Shown: in pieces, positions 27,701 through 41,310 of the stretch
Numbering within the stretch: position 1 is the stretch's first letter
Layout: each line of letters starts with the position of its first letter
Source of the DNA: Peribolospora baueri
Taxonomy: Eukaryota
Direction: 5' to 3'
DNA length: 55,251 bases
Assembly: GCA_029717555.1 (NCBI GenBank)
Contig: JAMDHS010000116.1
Coordinates: 1-55,251 of the forward strand
Translations under genes and position numbers: made by a program
The notes under the pieces: generated by a model
The model's input: the letters and a program-made list of their open reading frames with translations, nothing else
Databases searched by the model: none
What the model was told of the DNA's origin: nothing

Positions 27701-28805
27701 GCAAAAGGAGGTGAGCCTATCTACTACAGGCATTGTGGCGTGTGTCGTAGCCGCGAGCCTCAGGCGCGCGTTCTTCTTCTGACGCGTAGACTGACTTTGC
27801 CGTCGGCGCAGCGTACACTTTCCTCTCGCCGTGGTGGGACGACATTGGATCTTCCGGTGAGTCGATCATGAGAGGCTTTGAGTGATGCACATTGCTAATC
27901 TCCATTGCTCCCCTTCTTCCTCGGCAGCCAAGGACCTCATCACCCACCTGCTTTGCGTCGACCCGGAACAACGATATACCATCGATGAGTTTTTGGTGAG
28001 TCGGCTCGGCTCGCGCATGTCCCTCCGGCTTGCCTATTCGCTTTCGGCAGGCACGGCCCGGTTGAATTGGTTTGCTGGACTCTTGTTGGGTGACGTACAG
28101 GCACATCCGTGGTGCAACGAAAAAGATCCAGCGCCGACACTGAACTCGGCCGAGATTGCGTTGGTGAAGCAAGCGCAGATGCCGATCGACTCGCCGCTGT
28201 TGCGATCCATGGCGGCGGGCAACGCACGGGCGAGCATGAAGTCGCCCGGGCTGGCGTCATTGAAGGAGGCATTTGACGTGACGTACGCGGTGCACCGCAT
28301 GGAAGAGGAAGGGGCGCGAAGGAGAGCGCATAGGATTGCGGGTCAAGCTGGCTTCCTGCACGGCCTCAACGAGGAAGAGGAGGACGAGGACGAGTTGGAG
28401 GAGGCGAGACGACGACTGGGTCCACAGGCCGCACGGGCAATCGAGCAGCAGCGAGGTGCCAGGCACGGCCAGCAGGCGCAACAACAACAACAACAACAAC
28501 AACAAGCGGCGGCAGCAGCAGCAGTAGCAGCACAATACCAGGGTCGGGGAGGTGCCGACCGGCACGCGGCCGAGGTGACGTTGTACGACGGCCGAGCGGG
28601 CCAATACGACCGCGGCACGGCCGGGGGCAGAGCGAACAACCGGCGAGGAGGAGGCGGTTTCGAGCTCAACATCGACAACGCCACGTTGCTTGGCCGGCGT
28701 CACAAGGCGGCCGGATCGTTGTCCAGCCTGGCCGACGGTTCGCCCATCGCCTGCGCGGGTAGTACTCCGTCGGAGGTGCCTGGCAGTCCGATGAGGATCG
28801 ATTGA
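24767..28805 (+). CDS. CAMK-group Ser/Thr kinase, Srk1/Rck2 (MAPK-activated) type
   Basis: MGDGAFSNVYKA, VAVKVVRK, RANILKEVQIM, HRDIKPEN, the Rck-type insert DEGEFMPGIGGGGIGRVKIADFGLSK, TPCGTVGYTAPE and a C-terminal DVTYAVHRMEEE. Confidence 0.92.
25945..26020. repeat. (CTCCTCTCT)n pyrimidine minisatellite in a kinase intron
   Basis: Tandem ctcctctct-like units are visible directly. Confidence 0.85.
28479..28505. repeat. (CAA)9 polyglutamine microsatellite in the kinase C-terminal tail
   Basis: The caacaa... run encodes QQQQQQQQQ, followed by poly-Ala. Confidence 0.9.
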
Positions 28806-30067
28806 GTTGGGCTCGTCCGGAAGCCGAGCACCATCGTCTTTTGTCCGCGACTGGGACTCTTTTCCACTAGGCCCGCCGTCGCTCAGATCAGATCAGTGCT
28901 CGCCGCGGTTTCATCGGTCGTCTTGCTTTTCCTCGCTACTAGCCAGCTAGCCCCCCTAATGCCGATCGTCCGTGGAACGTGCGTTGGTTCCCTTCCCTCC
29001 TTCGAGCGCCCGCCCTTGTATTCCTGCATCCTTTCGCCACCGCCGTTTCCCATGCGCTCTCTCCTCTTCTTCTTCACGGCGTCGCCTACAGCGCACGTAC
29101 CCTATTTCCTTCGTCGATGATGCTCCTCCGCCGACCCTTTCCCTCCTCTCCCTCCCCTCTCCCGTGCATGCGCACCCTGCCTTCTTCGTTCGCCCTTGTG
29201 CCCTCCTGCTCGTCTTTGATCTTCGGCCTGCCTTCACCCGCCCATTCGCCTTCCCTCTTCGTCCGCCCTCCGTCGTCCGTCGGTCGTCGTTGCCGTTCGT
29301 CGTTCATCGTGTGCCAACCCGTTCGTCGTCTCGATCAATCGATCGTTTCTTTCCCTGTATTCGTACACGCACATCTCACACACGCACTGGTTCAGACCAT
29401 TCACGGCGCCGCACCGTGCGCTGTCCGTTCGTCGTCGTCGGACCACTGTCATTTACCCATTGCTCCTTCAAGCCCCCGAAGCCCCCAATGGGCAGACAGA
29501 CAGATAGGTAGATAGATGGGGAGTCGAACGGACGATCGCTCTGTTCAATTACAGCGGAAATGAAGGAAAGGGTACTGCGCCGACAGCTTTAACCGACGAC
29601 GGATAGGACAGGACAGGACAGATGGACGGACGAACGAACGGGGAAGTACGAATATCCCGCCCCAACGGGTCACGACCGCCACGGAAGAGACGCAGATCGG
29701 ATCTTAGGAGGGCGGATGTCGGTCTCACCCCTCTCTCTCTTTGCTTTGCCCGTTGCGATCCCCTGGCGCCGAATCGACGACGCTTGGAGAAAGGAAGGGT
29801 CGACTCGACTTGGGAGGGCGGGAGAGGGGTTGTAACTTTCGATGAGGGAAAAAAAAAAAAAAGAGAAAGAGAAGACGCGACAGAGCACTTTATTAAAAGT
29901 CCTTCGGAGTTTCGGAGGCCCGAGGCTCGCGACGGTTAGGGTTACCCGCTGCGACGCGGCTCACTCAGGGCGGCCGCTGGCCTGGCTCGGCTTGGGCGCT
30001 GCTGTCGCCGTGTTGTGCGATGTTTTCATTCCCTATGACTACATACACATCTCCCCAGCGTCCTTTT

Positions 30068-30090
30068 CGGGGGGGGGGGGGGGGGGGGGG
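30068..30090. repeat. Poly-G tract
   Basis: About 23 consecutive G between the convergent 3' ends of the kinase and MFS genes. Confidence 0.9.
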
Positions 30091-30464
30091 ACGAGACGAT
30101 CCCTAGCTAGAACACGCTTCTACTAATAGATAGGTACACAGCCAGACACAAGACACAGTCTCGGCTTGAATGGCTGTCTGTTCTTGGACGATGGGCGACG
30201 GTGCCTCTCGGCTGCAAGAGATATCATATCCCAAGTCCATTCCTAGGAGCACAGGGTGGAAGGGAAGGAAGGACAAGAACGAAATTCCTGAAACCGCAAG
30301 GCGGCAGGGCACAGAGGCGAAACCGAACGAGTGCGAAGGGAAGCAGAAGCAAGCAAATGGCTGGGGAGATGGAATGAGAAGAAGAAGGAAGGAGCAGAGC
30401 ACCGCGCCGCACCGCACCGACACGACCCCTTCCTCGCCTGAGCCCATGTATGTATTCACGTTCA

Positions 30465-33400
30465 CTACACGCCCTTCTCCGCCACCGGTTGCACCTCTCT
30501 CCTTTTCCCCTGGAACCATGGCAAACAAAGTCTAGGCCTTGGCCACTTCCACTCCGGCTGCCTCCACCGCTTCCCCTTCCACATGACGATCAGCAGACAC
30601 ACCTCTCCCGCAGCGATGATAATCGCCCAACCGGTGTAGAGCGCCCCGTCGCCCACCGAGTCCTGCAGAGGACCGGCAACCTCAGCGGCGATGAACGCGC
30701 TCACTCCCCTCAAACACGAGTTGCACGCCACCGCCGAGGTCGAGCGACCCTGGTTCGAGTCGACGGTGTATGCCAGCGTGGAGGAGTAGATCCAGATCTG
30801 GAGCATGCCCACAACGAAGAGGAAGACGCAGATGGCAGACACGTGCACGTGCTTTTCGACCACCCAGGCGTAGCCTACAAACGCAGGTGGCAGGAACGCG
30901 AGGGCGATGAGGGTGGAGCGGATACGCATCTGAAGAGGCGAGACAGGAAAAGCGACTCGAATCGATCGTGAGCCCTTCCCGCCGGCGTCCTTCACACGGA
31001 AGGCGGCCCAAGGAATGTTCGGACGTAAAATGATCTCTACCCACCTCTGGCTCGGACACTCCTCCGTTCTTCGCCTTCAGCCGCTGGAGCACAATGTCAG
31101 AGTATCGACCGCCGCCCACCGAGCCGATCAGACTTCCGACACCTGTCGAGCCGAGCCGAGCCGAAATGAAAGACACGGGCGCTCGATGTTAGCTACTGGC
31201 TGATGATAGGAGCATCTCGTCCGGGCTTACAACCCCCATGTCGGACGCTCGAGTTGGGGCGAGCCGAGCCGAGCCGGGCACCCACCCAGCGACAACAACA
31301 CCAAACCCGTCTGAAGAGGGCTGAAGCGATAGTGCGGCCCCTCGAGGGTTCTGGAAACGGTGTAGGAAAGCGAATACTGGCTGGCGAAAAGCGAACCGCT
31401 GAAGAGGAGGGTGAGCAGGTTGTGAGGCCTTGAGAGGACTGGCAGAGCTGCTGCGAGCGGTGACACGTCTGCGGGGCAGAGAGCGAGAAGACGGCGGTCG
31501 AGGGAAAGAACGAAAGGGAGGTGCGTTAGTTGAGAGCTTCCCCCTTTATACCACGCTCGCAAGTCATAAGAGCAAAAGTTGAGTCGATGGATGACCGCGC
31601 AACTTACCGGACAGAGTAAGCTTGACCTTCTGCTCCGTCCCACCAGCGGTGACGACCCTGTCCAAGCCCGCCGTTTCTCCCTTGCTTCGCACCTTGCTCA
31701 GCGAACGCGCGAGCACTCCCGAAACGCCCGGCGCCGTAGATTTGGGGCCCGCTTCCGTCGACGAGGGCGCCGCCTCCGACCCGTCCGCTGCCAACTTGTC
31801 CGTAGGAGCTTCCATGTAAGTGGGGACTGGTGCCGGTAGATGAGAGGACGGCGAGGGGAACTCGCTGCCCTCCTTCTCCCCTCTTCCCCCACCGCTTCCG
31901 CCCTTGCCCTCATCGCCCACCGTCATCCTCCTAACCATCTCCTCATCCCTCTTCCTCCTCTCCTTCTCCTCCTCCTCCAGCGCCTTTGCCAGCGCTCGCT
32001 TCCGCGCAGCCTGCCATGCCAGAGACCGAGCGGGACGAAAGGTATCCTTGAAAAAGCAAAAGCTCACGAACGAGCCAAAGCCGGCGGCGACGATGAAGTA
32101 GAAAGTTGCGCGCCACGAGGACGCTTCGGTGAGCACGCCGCCGAGGACCGGACCCAGCGCGGGCTGGCGCGGCGGTCGTTCGTTTCGGCGCAGAAAAAAA
32201 CCGAGAGATGAATGGGATCCTCAGCGACAGAGCTCGGAGGAGTTCAGCTCGCCCCGTCAGACGGCCATGCTCACCCCGAGGAGCGGAGCCGCATAGTAAA
32301 TCCCAAGTTTCTCCCCGCGTTGATTGACGTCGTAAATATCCTAAGAGAGAACGGCAAGCGGGAGAAGGAGAGATAGGGAATTAACGACGAAAAAAAAGGT
32401 AAGCTCTACGATCAGGAAAGCGTCTTCGCAACGATGAACATGACGACGCACTGCCAGCGTCCCGGCGCCAATGCTCATCAAGGCACTGCTCCCACTAGCT
32501 TGAAGCAGGCGCATGGCGAGGATAGTGCCGATGTTTTTGCCGGCCGACGCTACGCCGGACGCCACGGTGAAAATCTAGACGAGAGGAAGGTTAACGGGGG
32601 AAATGGGAACAATGGGTTGGGAAGCCACCATGGGTCAACGAACGGAAGGGAAGGGAAGGGAAGAGATCGGAGAAGTACGGGACGAGGAAGGCAGATAATG
32701 TGATGCTTGGACGGTCCCCACTCTCGATGGAGACTCACGGCGGTAGAAGCGATATAGCATCTCTTCCTACCAAATATCTCGGAGATGGCAGACCAGAGCA
32801 AGGGTATCACGCCTTGGAAGAGAATGAACAGCGAAACGGTAAGGGCCAGGGCCGAGTCGGTCGTGTGGAGGTCTGCGGAGGACGGTCAAAAGAAGAGGAT
32901 ATTGTCAGCCGTCTTGCTCTAAGGGCCACGGCATGCAAAACTGACGAAAAGCCAAAGGCGGGTCGCTGGGTCGATTAGGTCGCGCAAGAGCATCTTCAAC
33001 CTACCCAGTTTCATCTGGGCTAATGCGGGGAAGATGATGTTCCCAGCGCACCTAGACGAGCCGAATCCGGCAAGAGCGAAACAGACGTCACAGCGGCAGC
33101 ACCGTCGCGCCGGGCGATCCAGGTCAGTGGATCGTCGTAAACCCATACATGGCCGCCTCGAGCACCGCGTACGCTTGAGTCACGAGAACGCATGGTGAGA
33201 CGAAAGCCGCTCCGCTCGCCTACTCACGTTGGGATCAGGGCGCCGTAGGAGCACATGGCAACGGTGGCCCATTTGCGCGCTGACGACCATTCTCGGGGGT
33301 CGTCTTGAACCTGGAAAGAAGAAAGCATGACGCAACGCGAACAAACGAGGAACGGGAAATGCGTGAGCGGACGGACCTGCGGGCAGGGGGCGAGCGAGGG

Positions 33401-33874
33401 CTTCGCCTACGATTGCACTCGCAGCGTCACCGCCGAGCCGCAGAGATAGGGAACGCCGGACGAGATTGTCTTGCTACGCACCGGGACGTGCTCAATGTCG
33501 AAAGCGACGCCGGACGCCGCCTGACCGCGTTCCCGCCCGTCCTCGTCCCCTTCCTCCTTCCCTGGCGCGCCCTGCTTCTCCACATCCACGTCCGCACCTG
33601 TCTGCGTGGAAGAACGCCCTCCAGTGTGCTCGTCCTTCCCGCGCCCCGCCGGTCCGTGCGCTGGAGAAGCCGTGCGGAGCGCAAGCAAAGTGTTGCACAC
33701 GGCTTCGGCCTCGGTGGCGCAGCCGCCGAGGGTGGCCGAGCTGAGACGACTGTGCTGGAGAGTAGAGTGTGCTGATAACGGAGTGCGACCCGTTGCGGGC
33801 GAGGACGAGGAAGCGGGATGTCTTGTGGGGGCGGCTGGCTCCTCCTCATGGTGAGAGGGGAGGGAAGCGGTCAT
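30465..33874 (-). CDS. Major facilitator superfamily drug:H+ antiporter (DHA1/QDR-like)
   Basis: DDPREWSSARKW, NIIFPAL, PLLWSAISEIFGRKRCY, MRLLQASGSSALMSIGAGTLA, SWRATFYF, GGRYSD, STLAYTVDSNQGRS; multiple hydrophobic segments and many introns. Confidence 0.9.
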
Positions 33875-34559
33875 GCGAGGCCGTGAGGAGCTCGTTCGCT
33901 CTCTACGTGAGTCGTGCGAGTCGTACGTTACGTTTAGACAGAGGCCACTGGGTGTGGCGGCAAGAGCGCAAGAGCAAGCAAGCAGCGAGCGAAGCAGGGA
34001 AGAGAAGGAAAGGTGAAGGAAAGGTCTAACTAGGTCGCCCTGCCATGGCCGAGCGACGAGGTGTTGCTCTGCCGGGTGAGTGAGTCAACGTGCGAACCGA
34101 ACCCGCGCTGCTCGTCCTCCCCCACCTCCTCCTCCCCGTTCCTGTATCTGCTCGCTTGACCTTGACTGGACTGCTTACCGCCCGGACTGGCTGTAGGAAG
34201 GAACTTTAGTTATTCTTATTCGCACGACCTGTCGGATCGGCTCCATTTGTGCGACGTCGCCGAGCTGCCGACGGATCGGAGCTTTTCGGCCGACAGCGTC
34301 GTGTGGTGAGTCAAGGCAAGAAAGAGCTGCGACGCGAACGAACGCCGGTCGGATGCGGCTGCAGACCCCTCTCCGATAAACTCGCACAAGGAGAGCATAT
34401 CGCGTCTCGCTCACTTTCGTATTTCATGTCTACGCACAGACGTTCGCCGAGTCGAGTTCGGCAAGTACAAAAGGGATACAGGCGTTAGCTCGAACGCACG
34501 CGTTCTTCGTTCTTCCTCCGGCAGCCGTTAACAGGGACAGTAGAAGATAGACTAAAAAC

Positions 34560-35970
34560 CTAGGCCCCACTGGCGGCCGAGACCGCCTGGCCAACTTCAC
34601 GTTCTATCGCGGCGGAGAGCTCATTGAACTTGTCGAACGGGACGACCATGATTCGACCGAAGATATAGGCGTCAAAGTCGTCGGCCGTGTCTTTCGGAGG
34701 CGGGTAGGAGAAGGTGTGGGTGTGGCTCGCGAACTGCAGACCAGAGAGCCGATGGTATGCGCAGACGGGGTATCCGATCAAAGGTGTAGACGAGCGGTAG
34801 ATCAGCAACCAGCGCACGGATCTAGACATTATCCTGTCACGGCGCTCCTGCCCGCTCACCCTGGCGATAATTTCGTCTTCCGGATGGAACAGTCCCATCT
34901 CCGCGCCCTTGTCCGTCGTCCCCGATCCCCCAGCACCGGCCGCCTTCCGCTGCCTCTGTTTCCGCCTCTTCTTTGCAGCGGCCATGCCTCCCGCTTTCCG
35001 TCCGCCACCATCGCCGTCGTCGTCTTCCTCCTCGCCAGAGAGATACACGGAATGGGTAGCGAACACTCGGGATAGGAAGACAAGGTGGGTTGGGAGAGCA
35101 TTACTGGCCTGCCGACGTCGGAAAGTGGGATACGATGAGCATGAGGAACATGCCCATGATTTCTCCACTTCCTCCCCGTGTTCGATCGTTAGTACTCGTC
35201 TCACCTCAGACGTCTCGGCTTTGATCTCCTCGCCCAGCAGTCGGTACAGGGGTGGCACGACCTGGACGGGCATGTTGATAAGTCGCTCGTTCAGGACGAG
35301 CCCCAATCGAGGAGACTCGGACGAGGGTGAAGAGACAGAAGATAGGAGTGTATGAAGGGCGGACGAGGCCGGTACGCGACCAAGAAGGTACGTCATGAGT
35401 GTGCTCAGAGGAGCCGGTGTCGGCTGTGAAACAACGAGCGGAGCCCTCTGTGAGCAAGGCGTGGCGCTGCAACATGATCGAAGTCGGGTAAGCGGCTCAC
35501 CCCGCCCTTCCCTCCCGCGAGATCGAGCAGCGTGATGAACGCAAATGGATCCATAACCTCTCCCGTCTCTCCATCATCCGCGACCTTCACGGTGGACCCA
35601 ACCTGCTTGCCCCTCTCGAGAACCAATTCTGCGAGCGCGTGAAGGTCGAACTTGTCCGAAGAGGTGTACAGTAGCTGCGTGAGGAGACGTTTGATGGCCT
35701 GGTAGTCTGTGTCTGCGAACGAGGTAAAGTCGAAGGACACGTTGATGAGGCTCTGTGATTTCCCAGCCGGCGCAGGGCGAGAAAGCGCAGCAAGCAAGCA
35801 AGGTCGTTAGGAGTGGACGCTCGAAGTGACAGAACGCTTGCGGCGGCCCGAGCGCAAAAGCAACTTACCACGTCGCTCCCGCTGTCGTCAGAATCTTCTG
35901 ACGCCCGAGCGCCATCGCCTCGCTCCTTTCGTTTACCCCGCGTGGATACGTTGTCGGTGCTGCTGGGCAT
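34560..35970 (-). CDS. BCP1: Bcp1/BCCIP, 60S ribosomal export and Rpl23 chaperone
   Basis: INVSFDF, DYQAIKRLLTQL, VGSTVKV, DPFAFITLLDL, GLVLNERLINMPVQVVPPLY, FHPEDEII. Confidence 0.92.
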
Positions 35971-36149
35971 TGGTGAGTGGTGTGTGCGGAAAGCAAGGTG
36001 CTGGCGAAGAAGCAACAAACTGCGGCCGTCGATCACTGTCCATCGCCGCAGTCGAGCACGCTCGCAGGAGACGCGGGCCTTCGTCCACAAACTCCCGATA
36101 GGCAGAATCATCACTGTGCTCACCGCCTTGTCTATTGAGGCTCGGAACG

Positions 36150-37980
36150 ATGGCGGTGGGTCTGTTGGGCGCCGTTTGGCGGTGCAACGCTAGCATATTG
36201 CGAGCTTCGGCTCGTGACGCTGGTCGTCCGCTGCGACAACTTGGTCGCCCTGCTCCTCGCCTCGATTGGACGACCACCCGATCACCGAAGAGCACCCACC
36301 TGGCCTTCTCGTCCACGACTTTTCGCTCGGCAGCGCTTCCGACAGCTCGATTTACGCACCAATCGAGGAATCAGCTCGCGCCTTATTTCTGGCGATCTTT
36401 CTCCACTCTTCCAGCTCAGCGAGTCCACGAGCGATTGTCCCCTTCATCCGCCGCGGTGCCGGAACAACAGGAAAAGGAGAAGAAGCCCTTCAGCTTTAAG
36501 CCGTACCTGGAACTGACACGACTAGACAAGCCCATCGGCACATGGCTTTTGTTCTGGCCGTGTGGTGAGGCCACAGACGATGCTACTTGTTATTTTTTCC
36601 TCCACGATGCGTTTCAGCTGACCAGCCTCTCTTCGTTGCTCCACGTTTCAGCCTGGTCGATCGTCCTCGCCTCCCACGCCTTGCATGCTCCACCCTCTGT
36701 CCCTTTCAAATACGTCGTGCTCTTTGGCATCGGAGCTATAATCATGAGAGGTGCCGGCTGCACCATCAACGACCTGTGGGATCGCAGAATTGACGCCAGC
36801 GTTGGTGAGCCACCTCTCCGACCGTCATCTATGAGCCGGCCATGCTGCGGACTGAAAACCATTTAACCCGCCGCACCTCGCTGTCCCGTAGAAAGGACAA
36901 AACTCCGACCGCTTGCCGCCGGCGACATTACCCCTTTCCAAGCAACAATGTTCTTGGGCCTACAACTCTCTCTTGGCCTTGCCGTGCTGACCCAGTTGAA
37001 CACGTACAGGTGCGTCGAGGGTTTTCGCCGGCTTCGGATCGCTTGTCGTTCCGTTTTTTGAATGATGCCTTAAACTGCTGATGGGCTCGCTTGCCCCTAA
37101 TTGATACACAGCATTCTTGTTGGTGCATCATCACTGAGCCTGGTCGTGCTGTATCCGCTCATGAAACGAATCACGTACTGGCCACAATTCGTGCTAGGTG
37201 AAAGAAAAAAAAATCAAGGCAATGGATGGGCTCCTGCATGCATTTGAGCATTCTGACTCATCCGTTCGTTCGTTCGTTTGACCCTCGCCGTTTGCGCGCG
37301 CGGCAGGTCTCGCCTTCAACTGGGGAGCCATACTCGGCTGGGCGGCTGTTGCAGGCGAATGCGACTGGAGCGTTGTGCTACCACTGTACGCCAGCAACAT
37401 ATGTTGGACGCTGGTGTATGACACCATATACGCCCACCAGGTGAGTCGAAGTTCCGGCGTATTGTTTCTGGGATCGTTGCGGAAACTGATTCTACGGACT
37501 ATCTCACACTACTTACGTGGACAGGACAAGAAAGACGACATCCATGCAGGTGTAAAGTCGACAGCTCTCCTCTTTGGTGACTCTACCGGTCCCGTCCTCT
37601 CCGGTTTCTCCACCGCTTTCCTGTCCCTCTTCGCCTACGCAGTCCATCTCTCCACTCCCGGCACCGGCATCTTACCCTCCACTCTTCCCACCTTCTACGC
37701 CCTGTCGACCACTCCCCTCTCCACCATCCTCACCGACACCTTCCTAACTGACGGACACCCCTTCTTCCTCCTCAGCCTCCTCGGAGCGACCTGGCACCTC
37801 TTCGGCTACCAGCTGCGCAAGGTCAATTACGATAGCCGGGAGGACTGCTGGCGCAAGTTCTGCAGCAACAGGTGGCTCGGCTGGATCCTTTTCAGCGGTT
37901 TGGTAGCGGATTATCTCGCTCAGGCTAGATGGAATTTGGCTTCTTCGTCCGTGGATGGTAATGAAGATGACGTGGAATGA
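36150..37980 (+). CDS. COQ2: 4-hydroxybenzoate polyprenyltransferase, mitochondrial
   Basis: [90 protein letters not shown]; Arg/Ser-rich presequence. Confidence 0.96.
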
Positions 37981-38157
37981 AAAAGCAAAGGGACATTTGG
38001 AAATGAAGCACTTGAGATCTCGCGCCGTGCAGCAGACAATCGACGATCGTCGCTCCGTAAGAACCCGTCCTCTTTCTTGGTCTAGAGGCTCCCTGAGAAT
38101 ATCGTTTCGGGTGCTCGCTTGCCCATGATGGGTATTTTTATATGGACTTAGGATGAG

Positions 38158-39212
38158 CTAGCTACCCCTGCGCCCCATGTTGCCGCGCGCCTTCCGACCT
38201 CTTTCATGACCACTACCATCCCCGCCTTGCCTTTTTAAGCTGGCCCGCTTCCGCCCCCCCGTGCGCTCTCCGGCGGACTCGTCTGCGAGCGCTGGCGCGC
38301 AAGGAAAAAGAAGGGGCAAGATGACGGTATATACGCGTTGGAGAGTGGCCAGGGGAGGCAACAGGTTCTGCGATGTGCATGAAACGAAGATGGAAGAGAA
38401 ATGAAAGAAGTAGGGCCCACCGAGTGTGTGTCAGCCGGGTGAGAACGAGTGGAAACGGATTCCGAAAAAAAAAAAGTATGTGTTCACCTCGAAGACCACC
38501 GCTAGCTTTTCGTCTGGGTTTCCAGCGCCGCCTTCCCCTGTTTTTTCCACTCCCTCGTCACCGTCTCGTCGTCGGCCCTTGATGATTGCGAGGTAATACA
38601 ATATCCTCCACCCGTACACACCTTCGTTTATGACGACATCAAGCATGGCCGAGCGGGGTACAAAGGTGGTGGATGTAAATAGGGCAAAGAAAGGCGCTCG
38701 AGTCGGATTAAGAGTGGGCAGGACGAGGCCGCGGCGGACGGAGAGTTGTGCTCCAAAGGGCACTAAAACGAGGATAGATTCTGGTGCGGACATAAAAAGT
38801 ACCGTCAGTGGGAATCCAACTGGTTGTTCGCCGCGGACAAAAAAGGGGGCGGCCGCCCTCACCCGAGTGGACTCGATTCGCTTTGCTGTAGATGTAGACG
38901 AGGAGCAGGCATGAGAGGAGGTACGGACGCCAGGCGGGAGGGATATTCATCCACTTTGGAGGCGTGGAAAAATGTTCAAAAGCAAAGCAACACATATATC
39001 ATCAAGTCTGGCCATCTCTCCACGCTGCAACCCGTCCAACCGGACCGGAAGGTCGCACTCACCTCGCCATTCCACCAAATCCAAACGAGTCCGGCGAGCG
39101 CAAGAAGATCGAACGCTCCCCAAGCGGCGGCGCGGTTGTGAACGGTGAGCTCGACGGCGCGGCCTCCGTGGTCCTTGATGGTGAGGTGAGCAAGGTCCGT
39201 GGGTCGCTCCAT
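38158..39212 (-). CDS. GPI15: GPI-GlcNAc transferase subunit PIG-H/Gpi15
   Basis: Two hydrophobic segments, then ESILVLVPFGAQLS, TTFVPRSAMLDVVINEGVYGWRILYYLAII and LAVVFE|NLLPPLATLQRVY, matching the PIG-H domain. Confidence 0.82.
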
Positions 39213-39448
39213 CCATCGCAGCACGAGGCGACGTTAGGCGATCTGGGAAGCGAAATGTGATGCTGGGAACCTGGAGAGCCTTCGAACTGGAGAACGAGGA
39301 CCTTCCCACAATTCGCCGTGTGCAACGACTGCGGCAACCGTTCGGCGACTCTCCCGAGACCTCGTCTGGGATCCGACGTCTCCCATCGTCGTCCAACGAC
39401 GTCGACCGAAGGGGAAGAGAGCTCAAGCCAAGCCAAGTTAACGGCGGC

Positions 39449-41134
39449 ATGGGCAATCTCGCGGGTACAGTTGCGGTGCTCAGCGTGCTCTTCAAGCCTT
39501 CGACCGTTCTGCCCCATTTGGCGGTTCGAGGTGAGCAAGCGCGAGCGAGCGCGTGGACGCGGTCCGGAAGAAGTGTTCTAGGAATTACTTACGACGTTCA
39601 GCTGCTGACTTTATCTCTCCTCTCCCCTGCCCGTCCCGGTTTGCAGACATACGGCAGCTGGATTGGGCGAGGCTATATACTCTTGGCTTTAGAGGATGTG
39701 TTTTCGACAAGGACAATTGCCTCGTAAGTTTCCGACAGTCGGTCCTCGAGGCTAGTCTGTGTAGTCAAACAAGCCAGTTAGTGTCGACAGGTATTTTTTC
39801 TTTGTCCTTTGATTTTGACTACTTTCTTTCCGCTTACAGACACATCCTCACTCTGATGAGTTGGTGCCGGACCTGAGAGTAAGATTTAGCAGAAGGAGTT
39901 CTTCTGACGAAGACCCGAGTGTCCGAAGGAGGTGATTGACCACCTCCCTTCCTCCATTCGGGCCTATCAGGAGAGTTGGGCAGAATGTCTGCGAACATTT
40001 GGTGCTTCAAACGTGCTCATCGTCTCTAACTCTGCTGGTACAGCAGATGACCCTGGCTTGATTCAGGTGAAGCATACCGCTCTTCGCATCGTCAAACTTC
40101 AGCTGCTAGACTGTGTTCATCACGTTCGGCTCACTAGTAGTCTGTGTTTTTCGTTCGAATCGCTGTTGACTGAAACTCACCAGGCCGAAAGCGTCGCCCG
40201 TAAACTTGGCGTATCAGTCCTGAGCCACTCGAACAAGAAACCAGGCTGGGGATGCGCCAATCAGATCTCTGGCTACTTTTCCAGCGACAGGCCGACCCTT
40301 GCCATGTCTGCATCTTTGCCATTACCTAAGTCTAGAGGGACGCCATCAATCAAGACGGACACGGCTTCTATCCTTCCCCATCACCTTCTGGTCGTCGGCG
40401 ATAGAACCATGACTGATGTACTGCTCTCCTCCCGGCTCGGAGCTTGCAGTGTTTGGACGACGGGCGTGTGGAAGCGGGAAGGAGCAGTAAACGATCTACT
40501 TAGGAGAGCGGAAGTTGGGCTCGTGCGGTGGTTGCGCAAGAAGGGATATGCGCCGTCGGACGGACGGGGAGATGGTGCTCGGTTGTTGCGGCAAGCCGGC
40601 AGCGATATGGAGCGGGTCAATGAACGGGCCGCCGATATGGGAGGTGGTCGTTCTGTGAGGACTGATGATGAGGTTTCGCTCGGAGCCTGGAACGAGGAGG
40701 CGGAAAGGCTTGGTATCGTACGCCCTCCAGTGAACGTCTTTCCGTCAACAAGCAAGAGGACGGGCCGGCCATCGGGCAGCGCAGAAACATTCACCACGAT
40801 GACGAGCTTGAACGAGGAACAGGAGTTCCCCTTCACGCACGAGCGCTTGCCCTCCGCTCACCGTGACTCCGTCGTCCGCCTCTTGGCCGGATACTCCTTC
40901 CTCGGTCGTCAGACCTCTCCCATGACGAGGCGATTATCGGACGCAGCTTGCCTCGTGCGGGAAGGGTTGGATGAGGGTGTGCGCATGGATTTGACCGTGA
41001 TGAAAGCGAAAGATTCGCGAGGTGGCCCGCAGGCGGATCTACTACCTTGGTGGTGGAAAGTGCAGGAAGGTAGGAGGGCGCGTCGACGGGAAGTGGAGGA
41101 GATCGAGCGCGAGGGAGGCGTGAAGGCCGGCTGA
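39449..41134 (+). CDS. GEP4: Mitochondrial phosphatidylglycerophosphate phosphatase (HAD family, Gep4-like)
   Basis: GFRGCVFDKDNCL (HAD motif I), LIVSNSAGT, HSNKKPG, VVGDRTMTDV. Confidence 0.9.
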
Positions 41135-41310
41135 AAAGGAGAGGCACATCCCGTGTTGTCGGATCAATTTCTGGAGCAGATGCGTTGATGATCCTTCAAT
41201 AGCGCTTCATCTGTTGTACATGCCAGGAACTTCAGACAGTGGTAAGGGAAACCGCTCTATAGGTTCAGGACGAAGTCGTGAATCGATCCAGTTCATCCCT
41301 AGAGCGCCAG

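Noticed and set aside
39260..39448. In-frame upstream ATG extending GEP4
   Set aside because: It lies only about 48 bp from the divergent GPI15 ATG and so is probably upstream of the TSS; the extension is acidic and not presequence-like.
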